Positions 1-6,250 of a stretch of DNA of 23,106 bases are shown here, piece after piece. The notes under the pieces were generated by a model. That model had not been told where the DNA came from, did no database searches, and worked only from the letters and a program-made list of their open reading frames with translations. The first letter of the stretch is position 1, and every line of letters starts with the position of its first letter. This DNA is from Candidatus Margulisiibacteriota bacterium (GTDB taxonomy: Bacteria > Margulisbacteria > WOR-1 > O2-12-FULL-45-9), in NCBI GenBank assembly GCA_043816785.1, contig JBDRHP010000024.1:1-23106 (forward strand), written 5' to 3'. The position numbers and the translations under genes were made by a program.

Positions 1-29
1 AAAGCCCAAACAATATTAACTCTTTTCAT
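1..29 (-). CDS. 5' end of a gene running off the left edge (MKRVNIVWA...)
   Basis: ATG at 29-27 on the minus strand, GGAGG Shine-Dalgarno at 40-36 and a consensus-like sigma70 promoter upstream. Only 9 codons are visible. Confidence 0.55.
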
Positions 30-63
30 GATATTCCTCCCCGTTCAATTCTTTATGCGGTTT

Positions 64-92
64 ATTTTAAGTCTTTTGTTGCGTATTGTCAA
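64..92 (-). promoter_or_regulatory. Sigma70-type promoter for the leftward gene
   Basis: Minus strand TTGACA (92-87), 17-nt spacer, TAAAAT (69-64). Confidence 0.65.
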
Positions 93-107
93 CAAATATG
101 TTAAAAT
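79..107 (+). promoter_or_regulatory. Sigma70-type promoter for tRNA-fMet, overlapping the divergent promoter
   Basis: TTGCGT (79-84), 17-nt spacer, TAAAAT (102-107) with extended -10 TG at 99-100. The tRNA starts 11 nt downstream. Confidence 0.6.
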
Positions 108-154
108 TAAATAATTAACGCGGGGTGGAGCAGTCTGGTAGCTCGTCAGGCTCA

Positions 155-574
155 ATGGACACAAAGCTCAAAGCAGATATCGCGGAATCAGCTGTTGTAA
201 CTGAGTTGTTAAGGCGAGGATTTAGGGTTTTAAAACCGGTGGGGGATCGCCTCCCGTATGATATTGCCCTAGATCATGACGACAAGCTCCTTCGCATACA
301 GATAAAAAGCGCTTGGTTTGTACGTTCAAGGGACTATTTTGCAGTTGATGTCCGGAGAACAAAGACAAACCGGCGAAATATGCGGAGAGAGCGGTACAGC
401 AGCAAGGATTTCGATTTTGCGATTCTGTATATTGACGAGGGCCCTGTATTCTACATAATGCCAGTAGCTGTCTTTAATCGTTATGCAAGCACTATAAGTC
501 TTGTAGAAACAAAAAAGAGACAACGGAAACCGCAGGCATTTAAATACAGGGAGTCTTGGGATTTGTTGTCCTAG
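155..574 (+). CDS. Intron-encoded PD-(D/E)XK homing endonuclease, I-Ssp6803I-like (139 aa)
   Basis: MDTKLKADIAE...VLKPVGDRLPYD...IQIKS...RRTKTNRRN...DFDFAI...KRQRKP resembles I-Ssp6803I of the Synechocystis tRNA-fMet intron as I recall it. The ORF lies wholly in the P1 loop. ATG155 is preferred over the track's GTG125, which is inside the tRNA exon. Confidence 0.9.
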   Translation: MDTKLKADIAESAVVTELLRRGFRVLKPVGDRLPYDIALDHDDKLLRIQIKSAWFVRSRDYFAVDVRRTKTNRRNMRRERYSSKDFDFAILYIDEGPVFYIMPVAVFNRYASTISLVETKKRQRKPQAFKYRESWDLLS

Positions 575-632
575 CTGGGCGTCCTGGTCAGCAATGATCA
601 GGAAGATTACCCGTCAAATTCGGTGAAGCCTC

Positions 633-724
633 CCCGAGCGAATCCTGATTTAGCAGGATGAGTCGAGGGGTGGTAATACCGAGCCAAGTCCCGAGCGAGT
701 CCGCCAAAGCGGACGAGCCTAGGG
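633..724 (+). repeat. Two homologous stem-loop modules (633-669 and 690-724) in intron peripheral loops
   Basis: CCCGAGCGA-ATCCTG[atttag]CAGGAT-GAGTCGAGGG versus CCCGAGCGA-GTCCGC[caaa]GCGGAC-GAGCCTAGGG, with compensatory stem changes. Confidence 0.7.
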
Positions 725-909
725 AAAGGTGTAGAGACTAGATGGCGGGTCCCGACTTTATGTCGGGAAAGGTATAGTCCAGACCACAAACCTTACCCTC
801 AAGGGCGGCGCAAGTCGTAGTGGTATGCATAACCTGAAGGCCGTGGGTTCAAATCCCACCCCCGCTAATCCTTCTCCTTCACCCAAAATTCAAGTATAAT
901 ATAGTCATT

Positions 910-2253
910 ATGGCAGAACTAAGGCTTCAACCTGAGGTCCGACAGACCCTGGAGCTGCTCCTCTCCCCCCGCCTGCTCCAGATGCTAAAAATCCTAAGCC
1001 TCCCCTACCCAGAGCTAATCGAACAAGTTACCAAGGAAGCTGAAGAAAACCCTTTGTTGGAAGTTGAACGCCAGGATGAATATGTGGAATTCCTCCGCTA
1101 TCTGACTTCGGACAAAAAAATAAAAAAAGAAGCTGATTTTTCTGAATTGCCCGGCATGGAAAACATCAGCAACATAGAGAAGACACTTGAAGAACATCTT
1201 CTGGAACAACTCGAGCTTGAGGACCTGGAGCAAAAACAGCACGACATTGCCAAACTGATCATTGAAAATATTGACGATTTTGGCTACGTCATAAACTATC
1301 CCCGGCTGCGGGACAAGATTATGGCAGCCTTATCAGTTTCCCGCCCTACAGTTGATAAGGCGTTAAAGATCGTGCAGACCTTTGAGCCGGAGGGAGTGGG
1401 CGCCCGCGATTTAAAAGAATGTTTGTTGATCCAGATCAGGGAACACAGTTTTGATAATGAAGCCCTGCAGGACATCCTGACCAAAGCCGTTGAGCATCAT
1501 CTGGAAGACATAAGCGAACAAAACTTTGCTAAAGTCTCTCAAGCACTGGGCATCCCGGAAACTGGGGTAGTCGAGATCGCCAATTTTATTAAGAATAATC
1601 TCAACCCAAATCCTGGGGCTGGTTTTGGCGGAGAGATCCGGCATGTAATTCCCTCTTTTGCTGTTGAAAAAACCGATAAAGGCCATAAACTGGTCAATTT
1701 GGAGACTCGCTACGGCCCCCGGATCAATCTCTCCAGCAATTACCTAAAAATGCTGGATAACCCCAAAACTGATGCCAAGACCAAAGAGTTCCTAAAAGAG
1801 AGGCTGAAAAAAGCCAAAGAATTGCTGGAAGCTTTTTCCAAAAGAAGTGAAACTCTGGAGAAAATCGTCCGAAAAATAACTGAGACCCAAGAGGCCTTTT
1901 TGGCCAAGGGCGTGACCTGGTTAATGCCCCTGACCCAGAAAAGCCTGGCGGATGAATTTGGTCTGCATCCGTCAACCATTTCCCGGACCGTGACCCAAAA
2001 ATACATCCAGACCCCGCAGGGCTTGTTCCCGCTAAAGTTCCTGTGCCCGCGGGGGCCAAAAGGCTTGACGGTCGGCCGAACCAAGGCCATGCTGGCTGAG
2101 ATAGTGCAAAATGAAGATAGCCGCCAGCCGCTGACCGATAGTCAGATAACAGCGCTAATGAAACAGCAAGGCGCTAAGATCGATCGCCGGACCGTGGCTT
2201 ACTACCGGAAGGAGCTAAACTTTCTGCCGGCCAGCGAGAGGCTGAAACAATGA
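910..2253 (+). CDS. rpoN: RNA polymerase sigma-54 factor
   Basis: Leu/Gln-rich region I (LLSPRLLQMLKIL), core-binding motif FEPEGVGARDLKECLLIQ, HTH LHPSTISR and RpoN box variant DRRTVAYYR. Confidence 0.95.
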   Translation: MAELRLQPEVRQTLELLLSPRLLQMLKILSLPYPELIEQVTKEAEENPLLEVERQDEYVEFLRYLTSDKKIKKEADFSELPGMENISNIEKTLEEHLLEQLELEDLEQKQHDIAKLIIENIDDFGYVINYPRLRDKIMAALSVSRPTVDKALKIVQTFEPEGVGARDLKECLLIQIREHSFDNEALQDILTKAVEHHLEDISEQNFAKVSQALGIPETGVVEIANFIKNNLNPNPGAGFGGEIRHVIPSFAVEKTDKGHKLVNLETRYGPRINLSSNYLKMLDNPKTDAKTKEFLKERLKKAKELLEAFSKRSETLEKIVRKITETQEAFLAKGVTWLMPLTQKSLADEFGLHPSTISRTVTQKYIQTPQGLFPLKFLCPRGPKGLTVGRTKAMLAEIVQNEDSRQPLTDSQITALMKQQGAKIDRRTVAYYRKELNFLPASERLKQ

Positions 2254-3617
2254 GTAAGAAAAAAAAGAAAGCAAATATCCTGGTCGTTGATGACGAAAAA
2301 AGCATGCGCGAATCCATGTCCATGCTGCTGTGCGAAGACTACAATGTAGTGCTGGCTAAATCCGGCCAAGAAGCCATTGAGATGGTTAAGGGCCAGGCCA
2401 TTGACCTGGTCCTGCTGGATATCCGCTTACCCGAGATCGACGGCATCGAGGTCCTAAAAATCATCAAGGGACACGACGATTCCATCGAAGTTATCATGGT
2501 CACAGCCGTGATCATGGTAAAACAAGCCGTAGAAGCTATTCGCATCGGCGCTTATGATTATATCACCAAGCCCTTTGACATTGAGGCCCTGCAGGAACAG
2601 GTTGAAAAAGTGCTGGAAAAACGGCAGCTGCAGCTGCAAAATACCTCGCTGCGGCAACTGATTGACAAGGAATATCAATTTGAAAAAATTGTCGGCAAGA
2701 GTAAGGAGATCCGCGAAGTTTTTAGGGTCATTGATGATGTGGCGCGCAGCAACGCCACTATTCTGATCACCGGCGATTCTGGGACGGGCAAGGAACTGGT
2801 GGCCAGGGCCATCCACAACCGCAGCCCGCGCAAAGACAAGCTTTTTGTCGCGGTCAACTGCGCGGCTATTCCAGAAACCCTGCTGGAATCAGAGCTTTTT
2901 GGTCACGAGCGCGGTTCTTTTACCGGGGCAACCGAGCGTCAGCTCGGCAAGTTTGAGATAGCTAACGGCGGCACCCTGTTCTTGGATGAAATTGGCGCAA
3001 TGCCCCTGCCCATGCAGGCTAAACTGCTGCGGGTGATCCAGGAAAAAGAGATCGAGCGCATCGGCGCGGGCTATACCACACCAATTGACGTACGCATTAT
3101 TGCCGCAACCAATTCCGATTTGCACGCCGCCATCAAAAAATATAAATTCCGGGAAGACCTGTTCTATCGCCTTAATGTCATCCCTATTCACTTGCCGCCC
3201 CTGCGCCAACGCAGAGAAGATATCCCGCTGCTGGCTAACCACTTCCTGAATAAACATAACCACCAGCTGGGCAAAAAAATTAAAGCCTTTAAAAAAGATG
3301 CCATGGAGTTGCTGACAGTTTACGACTGGCCCGGCAATGTCCGGGAACTGGAGAACCTGGTTGAACGCCTGGTCGTCCTGACCAAAGCGAACACGATCAA
3401 CACCAGCCACCTGCCGGCTGAGCTATTAGGGGAACCCGCCAGCCAGCCAAACAGCCGAGAAACCAAGCTCTACAAGGCAATTCAAAAATTCGAAGCTGAC
3501 TTTATCCAGCAAGCGCTGGAAAAGGCCGGCGGCAAAAAGAGCAAAGCCGCTGAAATGCTGGGCATCCACCGCAACACATTGATCAACATTGAAAAAAGGC
3601 TAAGAATCGATAATTGA
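2250..3617 (+). CDS. NtrC/AtoC-family sigma-54-dependent response regulator (REC-AAA+-Fis HTH)
   Basis: Receiver (VVDD, LLDIRLP, KP), Walker A GDSGTGKE, ESELFGHERGSFTGA, Walker B LFLDEI, FREDLFYRLNV, WPGNVREL and HTH AAEMLGIHRNTL. ATGA overlap with rpoN. Confidence 0.95.
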   Translation: MSKKKKKANILVVDDEKSMRESMSMLLCEDYNVVLAKSGQEAIEMVKGQAIDLVLLDIRLPEIDGIEVLKIIKGHDDSIEVIMVTAVIMVKQAVEAIRIGAYDYITKPFDIEALQEQVEKVLEKRQLQLQNTSLRQLIDKEYQFEKIVGKSKEIREVFRVIDDVARSNATILITGDSGTGKELVARAIHNRSPRKDKLFVAVNCAAIPETLLESELFGHERGSFTGATERQLGKFEIANGGTLFLDEIGAMPLPMQAKLLRVIQEKEIERIGAGYTTPIDVRIIAATNSDLHAAIKKYKFREDLFYRLNVIPIHLPPLRQRREDIPLLANHFLNKHNHQLGKKIKAFKKDAMELLTVYDWPGNVRELENLVERLVVLTKANTINTSHLPAELLGEPASQPNSRETKLYKAIQKFEADFIQQALEKAGGKKSKAAEMLGIHRNTLINIEKRLRIDN

Positions 3618-3707
3618 GCTGCCCCTGCTCCTCAGCCCATTGCCTATGATCAAGTGCATATTAAGTTGATTTGCCCACCCTTTTGTGCTAAATTTATTCA
3701 CCAAGCG

Positions 3708-3723
3708 TGGCAATAAACTTGCT
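3708..3723 (+). promoter_or_regulatory. Sigma-54 -24/-12 promoter
   Basis: TGGCAATAAACTTGCT = GG(3709-3710)-N10-GC(3721-3722) with TTGC. It sits upstream of SD GGAGGTG (3737-3743) and next to rpoN and its activator. Confidence 0.8.
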
Positions 3724-3749
3724 GTATTAATGCCACGGAGGTGAATGAG

Positions 3750-4085
3750 ATGAAAACACAAATAAATAAAAAGACCTGGACCCCGACCAAAGAGTTCTTA
3801 CCGCTCATCCTGGGCAAGGAGCTGGGCGAGGAATTAGAGGAAAAAGAGATCGCCAAATTAGAGCTTTTTGAAAGAGGTCTAGCCAACGAGCTGAACAAAA
3901 ATGACACCATTGAACAAGCCATTGCCAAGATCGTTAAAATGGCACTAGCCGCCGAATTCGGCGCTTCACTGGTGGCGTCCCGAGGCGCCAAGGGCATGAT
4001 CGAAACAATCACCCGCGGCATTATGGGCGACTCACAGCTGCGCAAGCAAGCGCTAATTATTGTCGACCGGTTTGCCCATGCCTAA
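3750..4085 (+). CDS. Small alpha-helical hypothetical protein (111 aa)
   Basis: SD GGAGGTG lies 6 nt before ATG3750; the track's GTG3741 is within the SD itself. The stop overlaps the next gene. No family recognised. Confidence 0.8.
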   Translation: MKTQINKKTWTPTKEFLPLILGKELGEELEEKEIAKLELFERGLANELNKNDTIEQAIAKIVKMALAAEFGASLVASRGAKGMIETITRGIMGDSQLRKQALIIVDRFAHA

Positions 4086-5343
4086 TATACTAATTGTTGA
4101 CGACGAGCCATCGATTCGCGAATCGTTTTCGTTAATTCTTGAGGGGACCTACAATCTTTTTCTGGCTGCCTCGGGCGAAGCCGCGCTGAAAATTGCCACT
4201 GATCAAAAGATCGATCTGGCCTACCTGGATATCCGCATGCCCGGCCGGGACGGCCTGGAAACACTAAAAGGTTTAAAGGTAATTGATCCTGATCTTGAGA
4301 TCATTATGGTGACCGCGGTCAATGATGTTTCCAAAGCCAGCGAGGCTGTTTCATATGGCGCTAAAGACTATGTGGTCAAACCCTTTGATGTTAATCACAT
4401 CTTAAAGCTGTCGGAACAAACCTTAAGAAAGAAGGGCCTGCTGGCAGCGGGCACTGCTGCTCAGCAACAAGCGGGTCAGCAGACTTTTCAACTGGTCGGC
4501 CAAGCTGAAAAGATCATCTCACTGGCCAGGGCGATCGAAAAGCTTTCTTCTGACCAGCCTGTTTTGATCCTGGGCGAACCCGGCACGGAAAAAGAGACCG
4601 TGGCTCGCTTGATCCATAAAAACAGCTCGCGCGCCGCTAACTCCTTTAAGGCCGTCCCTCTTTCCCCCACCCTTTCCCTGCAGCAAATGAAAGCCTTGTT
4701 CTTTGGCTTTGGCCAGGGGGACAACACAGCTGCGCTTGAGGCAAAAAGCGGTCTTTTTGAGCAGGCCAAAAGCGGCAGTATTTTTATCAGCAACCTGGAA
4801 GCTTTCCCAGAAGAGATCTTAAAAACGATCTTAAAGCAGCAATTTTCCCGTCAAGGCCGCTCAACCAGCATCCCGATCGAAGCGCGGCTGATCGGCGCGG
4901 CCACGACAGCCACGGCTGATAATAAAGCAGTTTTTGACTTCTTCTCGAAAATCACTTTGCAGATCCCGCCTCTCCGGGAAAGACTTTCAGATATCCCCTT
5001 GCTGGCCAACGATTTCGTTAATAAATATAACCATCAATTGGGTAAGGATGTAAAAATCGAACCTAGGGCAATCGACGCTTTAACTAATTACAGCTGGCCG
5101 GGCAATGTCTTACAGCTGGAAAATTTGCTTGAACGCCTCATCCTCTTAAGCACAACAGGGCAGATCACTCTAGAGCAACTACCAATTGACATCCTGCTGG
5201 CCAGCGGCCAGCCAGCCGCCGGCTTGCTCGACTCATTTGAAAAAAAGTATATCCAGGCTATCTACACTAAACTAGGCAAAAATAAAGACAAGGCTGCGGC
5301 AGTTCTCGGTCTTAATCCCTTTCTCCTCGAGTCCAAGATCTAA
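4078..5343 (+). CDS. Receiver-containing sigma-54 activator paralogue with degenerate AAA+ domain (421 aa)
   Basis: Intact receiver (IVDD, YLDIRMP, KP), WPGNV and HTH. Walker A reads GEPGTEKE, the GAFTGA loop reads GDNTAA, Walker B reads IFISNL and there is no REDLFYRL arginine finger. Start ATG4078 (MPNILIVDD). Confidence 0.88.
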   Translation: MPNILIVDDEPSIRESFSLILEGTYNLFLAASGEAALKIATDQKIDLAYLDIRMPGRDGLETLKGLKVIDPDLEIIMVTAVNDVSKASEAVSYGAKDYVVKPFDVNHILKLSEQTLRKKGLLAAGTAAQQQAGQQTFQLVGQAEKIISLARAIEKLSSDQPVLILGEPGTEKETVARLIHKNSSRAANSFKAVPLSPTLSLQQMKALFFGFGQGDNTAALEAKSGLFEQAKSGSIFISNLEAFPEEILKTILKQQFSRQGRSTSIPIEARLIGAATTATADNKAVFDFFSKITLQIPPLRERLSDIPLLANDFVNKYNHQLGKDVKIEPRAIDALTNYSWPGNVLQLENLLERLILLSTTGQITLEQLPIDILLASGQPAAGLLDSFEKKYIQAIYTKLGKNKDKAAAVLGLNPFLLESKI

Positions 5344-5349
5344 GCAGTT

Positions 5350-5433
5350 TGCCCGGGGCCGGGGTCGAACCGGCATGGCCTTGCGACCGAGGAATTTTAA
5401 GTCCCTTGCGTCTACCAATTCCGCCACCCGGGC
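5350..5433 (-). tRNA. tRNA-Leu(UAA), intronless, CCA not encoded
   Basis: Reverse complement GCCCGGGTGGCGGAATTGGTAGACGCAAGGGACTTAAAATTCCTCGGTCGCAAGGCCATGCCGGTTCGACCCCGGCCCCGGGCA folds as a cloverleaf with a long variable arm and anticodon TAA. Confidence 0.96.
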
Positions 5434-5435
5434 AT

Positions 5436-5678
5436 TTAATGAATCAATAGCTTTTTGACTATTTCCCGGCCGAATCCACTTTTAAAGCGTTTTTCCTTTT
5501 TACGCGATTCGGCTCGTGTCAAAAAGCTTTCGGAATGGATCAATTTGAATGGGGCTCTGCTTTTTGTCGCTCTCTCGTATCCCGCATTGTGCCTCTTTAT
5601 GCGCCCCTCCAAACCAGAGGTCATCCCGATATAAAGATTATTATCCTTCAGGCTTTGAAGAATGTAAACATGAAACAT
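5436..5678 (-). CDS. Stand-alone GIY-YIG nuclease (UPF0213/SLX1-like, 80 aa)
   Basis: HVYIL...LYIGMT...RIKRHN...TK.R.P..L...E...EKRFKS, with the conserved Tyr, Arg, His and Glu present. The stop is 2 nt upstream of tRNA-Leu. Confidence 0.92.
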   Translation of the reverse strand: MFHVYILQSLKDNNLYIGMTSGLEGRIKRHNAGYERATKSRAPFKLIHSESFLTRAESRKKEKRFKSGFGREIVKKLLIH

Positions 5679-5715
5679 CTTTGTCCCGAACCCCCATCCC
5701 CATCCAAGGATTAAG

Positions 5716-5735
5716 TTTACCTACCGATAGGTAGG
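5716..5735. repeat. 20-nt hairpin insertion 1, TTTA-CCTACC-GATA-GGTAGG
   Basis: Absent from the intact tRNA; perfect 6-bp stem. Boundaries are ambiguous by 1 nt. Confidence 0.85.
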
Positions 5736-5744
5736 TCCCTTGCG

Positions 5745-5764
5745 CCTGCCTGCCGGCAGGCAGG
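5745..5764. repeat. 20-nt hairpin insertion 2, CCTG-CCTGCC-GGCA-GGCAGG
   Basis: Absent from the intact tRNA; also a perfect 20-nt palindrome. Confidence 0.9.
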
Positions 5765-5778
5765 TCTACCAATTCCGC

Positions 5779-5797
5779 TTTACCCGCCGAAGGCGGG
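5779..5797. repeat. 19-nt hairpin insertion 3, TTTA-CCCGCC-GAA-GGCGGG
   Basis: Absent from the intact tRNA; perfect 6-bp stem with a GAA loop. Confidence 0.88.
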
Positions 5798-5813
5798 CAC
5801 CCGGGCAGCTAAG

Positions 5814-6242
5814 TTAGACAATGCGTTTCTTCTTCTTGATCCCGTGCTTGTTGTCAATATTGCGCTTCCAGTCCTGCTGCTTTTCTTCACTCTGCTTTAG
5901 AAATTGGGTGATTTTATCCTCAAAGCTGCCTGGCGCTGGTTGATCCTCTTGTTCCCTGGACCTCCGTCGCCGCTGTGGCGGCGGCGGCTGCTGTTGTTGC
6001 CAGCTAGCCTGGCCAACCTGTTTTATGGACAGATCATACTTACCCGCCTTGGCCGAGCCCAGGACCTTAACTTTTACAACATCGCCAACTTTCAGGTGCT
6101 TGCTAACGTCGCGCACGTAAGTATCCGCGATTTGAGAAATGTGGATCAGCCCGGCATTCCCCTCCGGCAACTCAACAAAAGCGCCAAAATTAGCCACTCC
6201 GGTTATTTTTCCTTCGATTTCCGAACCGATATCAATAGACAA
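5814..6242 (-). CDS. S1 RNA-binding domain protein (YabR-like)
   Basis: GSEIEGKITGVANFGAFVEL...GLIHISQIA...LSIK and C-terminal SFEDKITQFLKQSEE; directly downstream of DivIC. The start is probably TTG6242 (MSIDIG) after GGAGGTG; the alternative is GTG6254. Confidence 0.88.
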   Translation of the reverse strand: MSIDIGSEIEGKITGVANFGAFVELPEGNAGLIHISQIADTYVRDVSKHLKVGDVVKVKVLGSAKAGKYDLSIKQVGQASWQQQQPPPPQRRRRSREQEDQPAPGSFEDKITQFLKQSEEKQQDWKRNIDNKHGIKKKKRIV

Positions 6243-6250
6243 ACTCGTTT

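Larger units (their letters stand above)
153..827 (+). ncRNA. Group I self-splicing intron in the tRNA-fMet anticodon loop, between U33 and C34
   Basis: The 5' exon ends in U152 and the intron ends in G827. P1 is GCUCA(150-154)/UGGGC(576-580) with the U152.G578 wobble. P2 is 583-602 with a GCAA loop. P3 is ACCCGTC(609-615)/GGCGGGT(744-750). Core motifs: AAATTCGGTGAA (616-627), GTAATACCGAGCCAAG (673-688), P7 GACTA(736-740)/TAGTC(775-779), P8 751-767. Confidence 0.95.
119..867 (+). tRNA. Initiator tRNA-fMet(CAU), split: exon 1 119-152, exon 2 828-867; CCA not encoded
   Basis: Joined exons give CGCGGGGTGGAGCAGTCTGGTAGCTCGTCAGGCT|CATAACCTGAAGGCCGTGGGTTCAAATCCCACCCCCGCTA (74 nt), a complete cloverleaf. 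The C1:U72 mismatch and A11-U24 pair are initiator hallmarks. Confidence 0.96.
5680..5806 (-). pseudogene. Disrupted duplicate of tRNA-Leu(UAA)
   Basis: 5711-5807 minus three insertions equals 5397-5434 at 38/38 nt. 5680-5710 is a weaker, decayed match to the 3' half (cgaacc..cat..cc, agga), so the left boundary is uncertain. Confidence 0.85.

Noticed and set aside
125..154. N-terminal extension MEQSGSSSGS of the endonuclease from GTG125
   Set aside because: It is the tRNA 5' exon read in frame; family similarity begins at ATG155.
607..789. 60-aa minus-strand ORF and other short antisense ORFs (e.g. 2889-3410, 3698-4045, 14484-14927, 21618-22130)
   Set aside because: They shadow the intron core or well-supported genes and have no motifs or SD.
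3620..3700. Possible activator-binding enhancer upstream of the sigma-54 promoter
   Set aside because: Only partial TGCA/TGCC half-sites are present, with no convincing dyad.
5397..5715. GIY-YIG as the ORF of a group I intron in tRNA-Leu(UAA)
   Set aside because: The tRNA at 5350-5433 is complete, no P3/P7 core is visible and the other copy is disrupted, so this is a duplication and not two exons.
5716..5797. CRISPR array interpretation of the three spaced palindromes
   Set aside because: Units are 19-20 nt and non-identical, spacers are only 9 and 14 nt of contiguous tRNA sequence, and there are no cas genes.
5745..5797. Hairpins as ordinary intrinsic terminators of the S1 gene
   Set aside because: No U tract follows on the minus strand, and they are better explained as insertions in a tRNA copy. 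A secondary terminating effect is not excluded.
5960..6003. QQQQPPPPQRRRR tract in the S1 protein
   Set aside because: Low-complexity linker with mixed codons, in a variable region of YabR-like proteins.
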